Shown: positions 1-12,713 of the stretch, piece after piece
How the letters are laid out: every line of letters begins with the position of its first letter
Position numbering within the stretch: position 1 is the first letter of the stretch
Source of the DNA: Malacoraja senta
Taxonomy: Eukaryota
Assembly: GCA_038087875.1 (NCBI GenBank)
Contig: CM075998.1
Location: forward strand, 1,986,001-2,050,000
Direction of reading: 5' to 3'
Length of the DNA stretch: 64,000 bases
The notes under the pieces: generated by a model
Databases searched by the model: none
The model's input: the letters and a program-made list of their open reading frames with translations, nothing else
Told to the model about the DNA's origin: nothing
Translations under genes and position numbers: made by a program

Positions 1-602
1 CTAAGGAAGTAGAGGCGTTGGCGTACTTAGGTGCAGCGTCGATGTGGTTGGACAAGGACAAATTGTTGGTGATATTTACACCTAGGAATTTAAAGCACTC
101 GACCATTTCCACTTCAGTACGATTGATGCAGACTGGGGTGTGTATCCCACCACGCCTCCTGAAGACGATGACCAGCTCCTTCATTTTGCTTACATTTGTC
201 TTGACACCATGTTACTAAGCTCTCTATCTCCTTTCTGTGCTCTGTCTCATCACTGTTTGTGATCAGGGGTTATGGGGAGAAGGCAGGAGAATGGGGTTGA
301 GAGGGATAGATAGATCAGCCATGATTGAATGGCGGAGTGGACTTGACTTGATGGGCCGAATAGCCTCATTCTGCTCCTATCACATGAACTTATTCCTCAT
401 TTAAACCCGTGTCCAAATGCAAACCATTTTTTCCAACTGGGTTCAAAATCAAGTACTAGAAGTGCAAAGGCTACATCCTGCCTCAATAATATTTAGTTTC
501 TCCAAATGTTAAGGGGGAATATTGAGCAAAGAATTAAATAAAAGGACAATAAATATCACATTCATACATTGTCCAGTGCTATATAAAAATTCAAACCCTT
601 AC

Positions 603-678
603 TTGAGCTTGCTGTCATCTATCATGTCTTCAGCATCAGAAAAGTTCAGAACTTGATCTCCTTTAGGTAATGGTTGGA
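603..678 (-). CDS. MCRS1: MCRS1 exon (VQPLPKGDQVLNFSDAEDMIDDSKL)
   Basis: tttag / gtaag boundaries; 76 nt. Confidence 0.95.
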
Positions 679-3600
679 CTAAAAAATAAAATCAGTCAGG
701 AAAGTAGCAGTCACCCAACCGTAAAATAAACAGCAACGGCAGATAATTATATTTACTGAACCTATTTAATGAACTGTAATATCCAAAAGTACTTGGGAAA
801 GTCCAGATATTATACAAAATAGCTGAGCTACCAAAGGAGTGATCACAGAGAGGTTTTAAGCAGGAGAGAGAGGTAACAAGGTCCATGCAACCATTCTAGA
901 GCACAAGGTCAAAGCAGCCAATGACCCCGTGGCTGCAGATGGAAAGGGGGGCACTGTCTATACATTCTTTAGCCCAGGGCATTGAAGGACCTTGGCTCTG
1001 GGTCTCTATGCTGATCAGAGCCAAGCATGATCCTGTTCAGTGAGTCTGAGCAATCAGGTGCGTTGGTTGTCCTGCTTGTACTTTGCTGACCTCACTCAAA
1101 TCTGAGACTTAACTTGTGCAATTCAATAGAGCACTATGAGGACAATAGAGGAAGCTACTCTAGCCTTCGAGCTTCTTCCACTATTTAATTAGATCATAGC
1201 AGACCTACCGTAATGGGTCGATTACCCATGGAAAGAAGCTTGCTTTTTAATATTTACCTTGGTTAACCCCCCACATCAGCACACCATAACATGTTAAACT
1301 GAATGGCTTTGGGAAATGCATATTCTGGGAACAACTTAAAAAATGTCTCTTATCAGCAGATGGGTTCATCTAATATTGAGGGCATGCAGAAAGCAGCAGA
1401 TTCATGGCTATTCCCACTTAACAACCAGATCGCCAATATGCTTTTACCCGTTTGATCTTCTAAGAGGTAGTACTGTTTCATTAGCTGCCAGTGAACTTGA
1501 AGGGATTTGGCAGTGCGTGACTGATAGAAAACATTTGGGTGTTTGTTTAGCAACTCCTGAAACGTGTCCAGTGTAGGTTGACTGGTCTGTTGGCCAAACA
1601 GAAATAAAAGGAAAGGTAAACAATACAGCAGATAGATGTGCACATTTCAACAATGCAAATAGGTTCGGATTTTGTTGAAATGTATTATTACAACATTCAT
1701 TGGTAGTTGGAAAATACAAAAAAAAACTATTCCCATATCCCCAAACTTCTTAAAGTGAAGAATTGCTGGAAACAGCCCCACCAACAATCCTTCAACAGCC
1801 GACCTAAAGCTCTACTCTTCTATTTGGAGCCGAGAATAGCAGACCACCCAGGTCTTAAGCACAAAAAGAGGGTATCATAAATTAAACCCTGATCCAATGC
1901 CTGCCCACACACCCAGTACTTTACTGCGTAGAGCAGTGAGAAACCATGATCGTGGATGTCTTTTCTTCATTGTTATGGTATAGAACAATAGTGCCCAACA
2001 GCTGTGATTGTTGTACTTCACTAATTCAGCAGAGCAGGTATGGAACCAGAACTGCTCCATGGGTTTGTGGCATGCTCTTTATCGTGTGCATTTTTTATGT
2101 ATATAATATGCACTTTAACTCTTGGGTTGGTAGTATTATTTTCCTCTACTGCCAACTCCCACCCACCCACCCCGGCCACTCCCTCTTCTATCGGGTAAAA
2201 GGTATAGAAGTGTGAAAACGCACACCTCCAGATTCAGGGACAGTTTCTTCCCAACTGTTATCAGGCCAATGAATCATCCTACCACAACTAGAGAGCAGTC
2301 CTGAACTATATTGGCGATCCTCAGACTATCTTTGATCGGACTTTACTGGCTTTACCTTGCACCAAACGTTATTCCCTTATCATGCATCTATACACTGTAA
2401 ATGGCTCGATTATAATCATATATTGTCTTTCTGCTGACTGGCCAGCACGCAATAAAAACCTTTTACTGTACTTCGGTACACGTGACAATTAAATAAACTA
2501 AACTGATTTAAAAAGATAGTTTAATCAGATCTGGAAATTTGTGCAAGGTTTACCGATCCAATCTTTGCCAACTGTTGCTCTTCTGCCTTGCTGTAGAGAG
2601 CCTTGGCCTGAATTGCTGCAATTGCTTCAGGGTGAAGCTGTCTCATTGCCTGACAAGCTAGTCTGAAAGAATAAACACCATTTAAGGTAAGCGGGTTAGA
2701 GTGAACTTTCAATTACAAGTCTCCCATTAGTCATTGTCAAGTACAGATACAAAGTGCTGGATTAACTCAGCAGGCAAGGCAGCATCTTTGGAGAACATAG
2801 ACAGGCAACATTTTGGGTCAGGTCCCTTTTTCAGACTGTTCTTAGTCATGTGATTGGGAGAGTGGAAGGAGTTAGAGGCAGTTGTGAAATCCAGAAGCTA
2901 TGCTGACATGGAGCAAAGCTCAAACAATTTGTACATATCTAAAGCGTACTATCACAATACAACCTTGAACTTTCTTATCCACATCATATTAGTTGCAGTC
3001 TAGTGATCTGTTGTTAGGTTCACATTAAATATAGGAGTTTCAATACACAAAAAGCGATAATTTGCTTTTTGAAAATTGCACAAAATTGCCTGTATATGTA
3101 ACATTTTTTTAAATTTTGATTGATGAAACCATAATCTGTGGAATAGTAAATAGCTAGGATTACTGCTCGATTCTCTATTTACTCCAATAAATCACTCATT
3201 GTCTTTCATGCAATGCTCATAAATCATAATTATACCAGAGGCAGATTTGATTTAAATGCAAGTTCAGAACTTGGTGGGAAAGGAGACTGAGTATCACAGA
3301 GGGGGTGTCTGGACTTGGGCCCGAGCTCTGTTTCACCAATTGATCACAGCCCTGCCCACTCGCGAACACCTTCTGCCAGTACTGACTGAAAGCTAAATAC
3401 GTCAGCAACTTACTTTATCATAAAAATTGTTTGGCACTAAGAGAAATAAGGAAAGAAGAAGAAAATGCCTCGACCACAGGGTGGGGAAATGAAAATGATC
3501 AAAGCCAAGTTTAAAAGGAACGCAAGGCCAGAGCAATCATACATGTGCATCTAATGGTTGGAAGCTGGCTGGGGTGGGAGATTGCAACCTTCACGTGGTC

Positions 3601-6600
3601 CGCCCTGTTTCGACAAATGCAATCAACCCGGCGTGCACAATCAAATAAGATCAAATAGAACAAGTTGTCCGACAACTTTAGGCTGTGCATGCCATACGCA
3701 AGAAGAAGAAGGAAGCTGGCTGCTTTGAATACATCCAAGCCCATCTCACAAAACTGCCACAACCTCACAACAAATTGGCATTTCATTCAGGAAAGAATTC
3801 ACACTAGTTTTCCACTTGGTGGCCTTTTGACATCAAAGCAGAAAACGCAGAGCCTTGTTCCACAGGTGCGTTGCTCTGGAGGTAGAAACCGGGCGCCAAG
3901 AAATGAAATTGGTCCATTCTTCAACATCAGCACCCCAAACATTGATGAGCAGAACAATCAGAATAATCAAGTAATAAAAGAAACAACAAAAATACATTCT
4001 TATACTTATGGCTTGAATTTTTCAGGTTTAACCAATTAAAAGTTGAAAAGAAAAGTACCCAAAGGCAAACTTGAGGAAATGTTTTTATTGGTGACACAAA
4101 TTAAACTATATGTTAACAGTGCAGAAATTACATTTTTGTCCATGTTGCTTTAAGAATGCACATAAACCACTGTGAACTCTGCTTGTTTGTTGGATGTGGT
4201 CATCAGTGGTGTTATAGCAGGGACTTGGTTGACAGTGGTAAATATTCAGAGCAAAATTTCTGAATGTGCATGTGATGACCATCAATTTCAATCCAGTTGT
4301 ACTTTACAGAGACTGGAAGCTGATATTTCTCTTGACAAAAGGTTTCGATAAGAACTGTAAATTCCCTTTTTCCCCCCCAATATAAATGAAAGCCCAAAAG
4401 AAATACTTTGAGCAAAAATGAAAATCAAAATGTGCAACCCTCACTGCTCAACAGAATCATTTCACTTACTTGGATATAACAGGGTCATACAGGAGTGCAT
4501 ACCAACGCTCCTGGATCTCCCGCAACATGAAGTGGCAGCTGAACTTCACGCCGAGGTGCACTGCAGTCAAATCATTTGTCTACAATTCAAAAATACAACA
4601 TCAGACCCTTAAAGACAACAGCAATATTAACTGTGAAAATGTACTGTGTTAATACCACTGGACAGATGGTCAACATTACTTGCATATCTATCACGGGAAT
4701 TGTGGGAGGAACAATCAAGCTGGGATCTTGAAATTTGAATTCAATTAGTTAAATACTCTGGAAGAAAGTGGCAATGAAGTATACCATGAAAATTCTGATT
4801 GTCATTAAAATCCATCTGTTTCACCACTGTACTTGAAGGAAGAGACTGCTATCTAGCCAAACATGCACTTGTTTTTTTTTTAAACAAATAGATGAGGGCA
4901 TGGCAGTGAGACACCTTGAAGTCTTGCAGTGCTGAGGGCAATGGTGCTTTCATCGTGCTCCTTGGTATAGAGTTCACAAAACTACACTTCTGCTCACCAA
5001 AGAAAAATCACATACTAAAAAATTGCTGCTAAAATTAAGCAACTGGAGCAGGCCTGTAGGTTAGGCTTGGAATTACAGAATCAGTCATATCTTAGACCAT
5101 AAATAATGTGGCTCACATTCATTCCTCCGTTCTGACTTATTCAAACTATACAAAAAGATCACTTTTGGTCTAAAAATACTCTAATTCCTCTGATCTGCCA
5201 TTTGCACACCTTACCCTTCCATATCTCTAGACTCCCTCTCCTGACTCTCAGTGTGAAGATGGGGCTCGACCTGAAATGTCACCCATTCCTTCTCTCCAGA
5301 GATGCTGCCTGTCACGCTGGGTTACTCCAGCATTTTGTGACCATCTTCAGTGCAAACCAGCATCTGCAGTTCCTTCCTACAGACTTTAAATCAAATAGGT
5401 TGATTTCTTCCTTTATCCCTTCCCTTCTATTTTTGTTCGTCAGTATCTTTAATTCCACACGGTCCATTGTCCCATTATCTCAATTCACCAAGACTTCTCA
5501 AAATTGAAAGCAGTACTGCGGCACCATCTAGTGACAAGAACAGAGACCCACAAGCTGCAATTCTGTCTTTGTCCAGATTAAAGTTGACACTGTTGTAATA
5601 AAATAAATACCAAAGGTTGGAGACAGAGCTGATTAAAGTAATTATTGTCTTATTGCATCATTTTTTTATTAAATGTACAGCATAGCTACTTTGAATAAGT
5701 ATTTGTGACACTTGAATCCCCCCCCCCCCCTCCCCCATCTCTGAAACTTTACCTGCAAAACAGCATTTATTAGCAGCAAGTCGTCTGTTGGTTTCCATCG
5801 TCCAAGATCCTTTGTGACTTGTAGCGGCTGCTTGCTTTTCTTTAGTCGTTTGATGATGCTGCTGGGAGCTAATGGCACGGTGGCGGATTTTGATATCTGA
5901 TTTTTTTAAATAAAAAGAGCCATGCTAAATATGGGTCAGAAACTTCTACAACTAGCCCAGTGCTCAAATAATCAGTTCCCATGCAGAAAAACCTATCCAC
6001 CAGATTAAACTTTTCATCCAATTGGCAAGAAACAGATACACCGTAGTTGAAGTGTCTCAATTGGAATCAATAAGAACAGAAGATGTTGGATGTACTCAGC
6101 AGGTCAAGTACCATCTGTGAAGAGAGTAAGAGCTAATGTTTCAGGGTAACTAACTTCTTCATGATGGAAGGCCATTGACCTCAAACATTAACAAAACATG
6201 ATGATGCAGGTACCCTGCAGGTCTTCCGTTTTGATTTCAAATTTCAAGTATTTTGTTTGTGTGTCAACAGGATATGAGCATGGAATAAAACAGTAAAAAA
6301 AAAAAATCAGCACCTGGAAATACAACCGAACCATGGGACTTTTATTAGACCTGACAGCCAATGAGTTTAACGGCATAAACAAAGTGGGGTGCTGCAAGGC
6401 TCAGTGCTGGGACCCCAGTTATTTACAATATATATTAATGGTTTAGACAAGGGAATTAAATGTAACATCTCCAAGTTTGCAGATGACACAAAGCTGGGTG
6501 GCAGGGTGAGTTGCGAGGAGAATGCTATGAGACTGCAGGGTGACTTGGATAAGTTAGGTGAGTGGGCAGATGCATGGCAGATGCAGTATAATGTGGATAA

Positions 6601-9600
6601 ATGTGAGTTTATCCACTTTGTTGGCAAGAACAGGAAGGCAGATTATTATCTGAATGGTGTCAGATTGGGAAAAGGGGAGGTGCAACGAGATCCCCTTGTG
6701 ACCCAATGGATTTTCTCCGGGTGCTCTGGCTTCCTCCCATCCAAAAGGCGTTCTGGTTGGTAGGTTAATTGGTCACTGTAAATTACCCCAACAATGTAGG
6801 CGAGTGGGAAAAACCAGTGGAGCTGATGAGAATGCAGGGAGAATAAAATCAGATTAGCAGAAGATTAGTGTAAATGGGTGCTTGATGCTTAGGGTGGACT
6901 CGGTGGGCATAGGGCCTGCTTCCATGCTGCATGGAATGGCAATCCAAACATATCTCGAATCTGCAAACAACTCATTTGCATCACAAGGAGGAAGCTCCTG
7001 CATTATTTCACTGCTCGAGGATCCAGCATTGATTTCAGCACCAGCTTCCTTTAATTCATCAGTTAATATTTGATCATTCACATGAGCAGTGAGCTCCAGG
7101 AAACATGATCAGCATTGTTAATTCATGGCTTGAAGAACAAGGTGGGGTTATAGCACGACTGAAGACTTTAACACAATGTCAAGTTCAGGGCATTGGTCAC
7201 AGTTCCAAGTCCTTTTGACTTTTGTCATTTATCACTCTTCAACCACTGGCAGACAGCAAATATAGAGCCAGCACGATTCAGCATATTGTCAATGCATTAG
7301 GAATAAAGTAGCTCAATAGAAATACCTAACAGAGAGCAAAACTTTCTGTTTCTCTTACCCAAATGGATTCACTAATTTTAGAAAATAATTCCCTATCAAC
7401 TACTTCTCTTCAACCAAGATTTAAAAAAATTAGATGATGGAAGTCTGAAATAAGAACCAAAAGATAGTGGAAACAGAAAAGCATGCCAGGGCTATCGAAG
7501 GAAAAAAAAAGCAGGCCAATAAATATTTTATGACCAAACTTTAAACTTTTCATTTTTTTGCACTTCCACATCTAAACAAATGTGTCGTACTATTCCATCA
7601 TTATATTTAATACCTACTTTTTTCTTCTCATTGGATGATGGTTCACTGCCAGAGTACCGCGCAGGTTCCATCCCTGTTGGGCCCTTTGCCCGAGTGGAAG
7701 ATTTAGCCAGGCTGCTTTCAACTAGCTCATCATCAAATTTCTTGCGTTTTATGGATCTGAAAAAGGGAACAATGCAAGAATCTTCTGTCGGTGGTGCAAA
7801 AGAAAGCGACAGAACAAAGAGGCAGTGTTGGAATTGGACGGCTGGCCTACTTGCTCCAGTTCGCAGAACTTCTGCTGATTCGGAGATTGAAATCAGAGCA
7901 AATATCAAAAGGAAGAAATTGCTCCCAGGTCTCTGTATGGGGACCCCAATGATGCATTGGCAAAGCCCACTGTGCTTCAAGCCAGAAACAGGTGAAGGCA
8001 CCCCAAACTGAAGGTGCAAAAGTGGATTTGAGATTACCTCATGCCACTTCCTGAAGTGCGAGTCCACAGCACTAAACTGCTCAGTCCATCGTTAACAAGG
8101 AGTAATAAGAAAAAGAACATTCACAGCGGTGAAGGTGCTCTTTCAAATTCGGGATTTAGAGTGGAAAGGCAGTGATGCCACATTCACTGAGGCCAGTAAG
8201 GGAACAATTTCCTGATTAAGCTACAACTTCTTTAACATTCTTGGTGCCAAATTAACAAACACATACTTCAATCCCTAGCTGTAACATCCCTTACCTTGGA
8301 GTGGAGATCTGGTCAAAATGTTATTTCTTATATAAACTATAAAGTTAAAGCATTAGCCCCCGCTCCCAATAGTTCATTTCCCAAACCCACTATACACTAA
8401 AATACCACCGGTGGATGACTTTACACTTCAGCAATCATCAGCATTCAACATCTACACACACCCAGGGTAAGAGTTGTCTTTGTTCACTCATGATCTGTGG
8501 ATTTATCATTGGAAAAAAAAAATTGGATTGTGAATGCATTTGTATAGAGGTCATGAGCCTTGTGTCGAGTCCTTGCAGGAGCCCTACTCATCCTGATGCT
8601 GTTGTGTGTGACAGTGAAAAGCCCAAGTTCAATGTGGTTTCTACTGGCATAATTGTGCTCCGACAGAGCAGTTCTGAGGATTCTACGCTTGGCCTATATT
8701 ACTGGAATAGGTATCCAGGTGCAAAAGAGAAAAGTGCACCCATTGCAGATTGCTACTCTGCAACGCATATGAACAATGACTGAGAACAGGGCCAGGCTTT
8801 ATGGTCAAGCAGTCCAACAACACTCACTATCCAGTCTCACCCTTGAAGAACAGTTACTCGAGTGACAGAGGGCTGCTAACCGCCACTGAACCATTAGAAA
8901 GAAATAGCACGCTCGGGGCAGGGAAAAGTGTGGATGAAAGAGGAGAACAAAATAAGTGAGCAACCTTTAATTCGGTTTTTTTCACAAAAGTGAAATGGCT
9001 TCCATCTATTACTGAAATAAGCCATAAAGCTTGGACATTCATTAGTATTCCTTCCCTCAATGTGTACGACAATTCTGTGAATGCCAAGACTTGGGTTTTA
9101 ATGCACAACATCTATACTTGCTCAGTTTTTCTGTGTGGATGACTGAATGAGTGCTGAACATCACTTAATATTACAAAACGGTGTGCGTTAAAACACCACC
9201 TTCAAAGTGGGTTAAATCACAAGTGGTGCAGCCAAGATGGTCTGGCGTGAGGTGCTCGAGCTACTGATGACAGAATGAGTTAGCACCAGCAAAAGGAAAT
9301 ACTGCAGAGGAAGGAATCCTTCCCACTCTTACTCGCCACAACCACCCCAGTCCCACAAGCAGCCTGGAAAGCTCATCGCCACCAATAAAGAGAGACCCAA
9401 AGTGGAGGTTACTCAATAAGACAAGTCCAGCGAGGGGAGAAATTAAATAAAAATTCAGATAATCTCATCAAGTTGTCAAAACTCCATTCACTCAGTGCAT
9501 GAAAATACTGGGCAGGGAGAGGGAAGAACATCTAGCAACAAGCTATCAAACAGAGTGCTGAACAAATCTTCTGGAAGCTCTTCAAAAAAAATTCTTAATT

Positions 9601-12600
9601 ATTAAATTCACCAATAAAACTTCACATTTTACAGTCAGTGGACATAGTTCAGGTGAACCTGGTCAATCTTGTATCATCCTGTAACTGTAGAGGCTCACTG
9701 GTTCATTAAGGATCCTAGTTTTATGGCAAAAGGTCTCTCGCAGGCACCTCTGTAGTGTAAGCGAGGTACTGTCTACACTTCATTAGGTGCACACACCATC
9801 TCACAAGGTGGCTTCACTTCCCTCCCATTGAGAGCCGATGTCCAACTGACGGCAAAAAATTAAATGGTCATCGCTGCCAGTGCAAGCTTTTCTTGCCAAA
9901 CTTCTCTAACAACCTGAAGGCGAGAGCACGTGCACATTCCTTTCATTTACTTTGTGGCGGCAGTACTCAGAACTCCACCCCATAGAGTAAACAGAATGCA
10001 GACCGTCGGGTGAGAGTTGGAGGGGGGGGGGGGGGGAGGTTGGGGGGGGGGGTGGGGGCAGGGGTAGCAACACATATTGTAGAACCGTTTCAAGTAGAAG
10101 TGGCACTGCAATATAAATCAAAGTGTAAAAGAGCTCGTGGGTTAGCTGAAGAGGCAGAGCATTTCCACCCCTGCGTTACCTGGATGAGCTCCTGCGTTTG
10201 GGAAGTAGGCTGAAGGCTTGAGTAGCGGTACGTTTCTGTGCCGAGGGGGACTGGTCCCCATCAGATCTCCCCACAGGCCCTGTCGACATAAGCCTTGTCC
10301 CAATAGTACCCAGTGTACACTGTTGCTCAGCTTCAAAAAGGAAAGAGAAAGCGTTGCTTATTATTTCATTTTTTTTAAAGGACGAGCTTTACCATCCACA
10401 TGATCCAATATACAGCCAGACAACATGTTTCCAGAAAAAAATTAATTACTCAGTATAAAGTGATGAGGCTACACAATTTCCATATTGTTCTAGAGTACAC
10501 ACCGTTATTTACACTTGGTGTATTCACGCTGTTAACTGTAGTGACTTTAGAGAAGTTTGCTTTGCTAAACCTCGAGCCCACTACCCACCACCATCCCATC
10601 ATCTCCCTAAAGCTGACCACCACTGGCGTACAGCTCAATGGGCACCACATGCCCATTGTTACCTTGCCCTTAGTGGCCTTTCTGTTGAGGCTCATACACA
10701 AGCAAAGAATTCACTGTTTACTTGACTATGGGAAGAATGAGTTCAAAGAATTGTAATCAAACCAGATGACTTCCCTCCAGCAGCAGGGATTACCGGAGAG
10801 CGATCAGGATGAAAATCCCAACCAGGTTTCCTTTCTCTAGCTAAGGGTGACAACGGTCGCACTTCCTCTGCCACCTAGTCCGACATCAGCAACCATAACA
10901 CAGAGCAGCAAGCAAATCTAGAGCCCACTCGTGGACTGGGCTTCATGAGAGGAGAGGCCAGAATGGATGACAGTAATGGCTCACTAGAAATTCCAAGAAA
11001 CAGATATTGCAGCAAATCTAGAAGTATGCATGAAGACAACCTTTGATTTTAATTAAACGTGGATCCAAAATGGAAGAAAATCTTCCCTAAATTGCAATTT
11101 TCAAATAATATTACGTGAAAGGGATACAAGAGGAAGGTAATTAATATCATCCCATTATTCATTGCAAATCTCAAAAAGCCTAGTTAATTTTACAAAAGAC
11201 TGTTTGCTGCTCCTCTTGTTGGTCATACCATTCCTACCAACTCCTCCACTTAAAAATTGTCACAATCCTTGAATAAATTAATTGCTCACACAATAAAACA
11301 CAATTTTCGATTGGAGTGCTGGCCAATGGATCCACGTATGATCCTATGATTAAAAATAGTTGCCCAGATCAACCTCCATGCATTTCTAAGGCAAGTTTCT
11401 TCCCCTCTCCTACCCAGACTTCTCAAAGTTCCTGAAAGCACCAGAAACTATCATCACCACCATATTACATTACAGGCAGAGAGTGGGTGAGACGTCATTA
11501 CACACAGAACAGGAGCAGACCCATTCAGACCCACAAATCTGCTCCATTGTTCAATAAGATATAGCTGATCCTGCACTTCCAGTCTACTTTCATACTCAAT
11601 TCCCCATGCCCTTGGACTCCGTAGCATAACAAAAATGTTGAACTCGCCTTGGAATACACCCAATGATTTGAAAGCTCACAATCCTCTCGAGCAGAAAATT
11701 CCACAGATTCACAACCCACTGAATGAAGAAGTTTTCTCTCCAGCCCAAGGAAACAGCTTCTCAGCATTTACTCTGTCAAATCCCTCTCAAGTTTTTATGA
11801 TTAGATAAGATGGCCTCTTTTTCTCAAATTTCAAAGAAGAGGTCCACTCTATACATGAGATAACCCACTCATCCCAGACTGCCTGTGAACGCGGGTCCTC
11901 TCAGCAGGGAGCCAATGGATTGCAATCAACCCTCGCTTTTCATTTTTCTCCCAAACTCAAGAAATGCTGAGGACAGGTTTCTCACCTACCAATGCTCCCA
12001 GCTAACTCAGTTACAGAGGAGGGACCCATTATGCATAAAGGAACCTATTTGTTGGGCAAAAACAACACACAACCAAGCACTTAACCCTCAGGTTAGATTG
12101 TCATTTGATCACTTCATTTATCACACCTTGCAACTCTCATGTGCATGCAGTCACTGTGGAGATGGGAATGGGAGAACAAAATATAAATGTCAAGGCTCTG
12201 GAGAAAATTCAGAAAAGACTTCTTGGAAATGGTACTAGACTAGTATTGTTCTCCTTTGAACAAAAAAAGATTAAGAAGAGATTGGACAGGAATGAATAGC
12301 TGTGATCAAGTAAAACACAGAAACTGTTTCCAGTGGCAGAGGCCACAGATTTGAGGCAATTAGTCAAAGAACCAGAAGTGAGGTGTGGAAATTATGTTAC
12401 ACAGCAAGTTGTGATCTGGAATATAGTTTGAAAGGGTGTTGGAAACAAATTCAAAAGTGACTTAATAAAGAAAATTGAAAACTTGGTGTAAAAACTTAGG
12501 GACCATGGCAAAGGAGCAGGGGAGTGGGACTAATAAGTTGCTCATTCAAGGAACCGCCACAGGTACAAAGGCCTCTTTCAATGATTCTATATGCTGGAAA

Positions 12601-12713
12601 AATATGCCTTGCAGTATTAAAATGATCACAGACCACTGAACTGAAGGAGCAAACGGCCGAAATAGTAACTAGTATAAGCTGCATCCAGAGTGTCCAAACT
12701 TACGAGTGTCCAT
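603..12713 (-). CDS. MCRS1: Microspherule protein 1, 5' part (8 coding exons; the gene continues beyond position 1)
   Basis: Spliced exons 12704-12713, 10180-10330, 7618-7756, 5753-5896, 4470-4579, 2554-2662, 1448-1586 and 603-678 are all GT-AG and phase-compatible. The peptide contains KRRSSSR-SIKRKKFDDELVESSLAKSS, KDLGRWKPTDDLLLINAVLQ and WQLMKQYYLLEDQTVQPLPKGDQVLNFSDAED, matching vertebrate MCRS1. Confidence 0.96.
1448..1586 (-). CDS. MCRS1: MCRS1 exon (TSQPTLDTFQELL...MKQYYLLEDQT)
   Basis: acag / gtaaa boundaries; 139 nt. Confidence 0.95.
2165..2505 (+). mobile_element. Rex1/Babar-type LINE 3' end
   Basis: Aligns by eye to 34820-35165. Confidence 0.8.
2554..2662 (-). CDS. MCRS1: MCRS1 exon (LACQAMRQLHPEAIAAIQAKALYSKAEEQQLAKIGS)
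   Basis: ttcag / gtaaa boundaries; 109 nt. Confidence 0.95.
3571..3624 (+). ncRNA. Minimal HDV-like (CPEB3-type) self-cleaving ribozyme
   Basis: P1 GGGGUGG/CCGCCCU, P2 GAUUGCA/UGCAAUC, P3 ACC/GGU, L3 UUCACGU, J4/2 ACAAA. Confidence 0.85.
3571..3710 (+). mobile_element. Ribozyme-headed SINE-like retroposon, copy 1 (subfamily A)
   Basis: TSD ggaagctggct at 3560-3570 and 3711-3721; (gaa)n tail; homologous to copies at 20978, 43413 and 47541. Confidence 0.9.
4470..4579 (-). CDS. MCRS1: MCRS1 exon (TNDLTAVHLGVKFSCHFMLREIQERWYALLYDPVIS)
   Basis: tgtag / gtaag boundaries; 110 nt. Confidence 0.95.
5753..5896 (-). CDS. MCRS1: MCRS1 exon (ISKSATVPLAPSS...KDLGRWKPTDDLLLINAVLQ)
   Basis: 144 nt, phase 0-0; atcag / gtaaag boundaries. 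Confidence 0.9.
6385..6692 (+). mobile_element. CR1 RT fragment
   Basis: [25 protein letters not shown]. Confidence 0.9.
7618..7756 (-). CDS. MCRS1: MCRS1 exon (SIKRKKFDDELVESSLAKSS...NEKKK)
   Basis: ttttcag / gtagg boundaries; 139 nt. Confidence 0.95.
10180..10330 (-). CDS. MCRS1: MCRS1 exon (EQQCTLGTIGTRLMSTGPVGRSDGDQSPSAQKRTATQAFSLLPKRRSSSR)
   Basis: Pyrimidine-rich gaag acceptor and gtaac donor; 151 nt, phase 1 to phase 2. Confidence 0.88.
12704..12713 (-). CDS. MCRS1: MCRS1 first coding exon (ATG GAC ACT C|gtaag); whole exon probably 12704-12773
   Basis: 10 coding nt followed by a strong gtaag donor. Phase 1 joins the next exon (MDT-P-EQQ), the same 10-nt arrangement as mammalian MDK-D. 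Confidence 0.7.

Noticed and set aside
7790..9900. Several mid-length ORFs in an MCRS1 intron
   Set aside because: No recognisable domains or consistent splice signals; probably decayed ancient retroelement sequence that I cannot classify by eye.
10018..10065. G-rich tract with G-quadruplex potential
   Set aside because: Simple poly-G low complexity with unreliable homopolymer lengths; similar runs occur at 5718, 49090 and 60190 with no sign of function.
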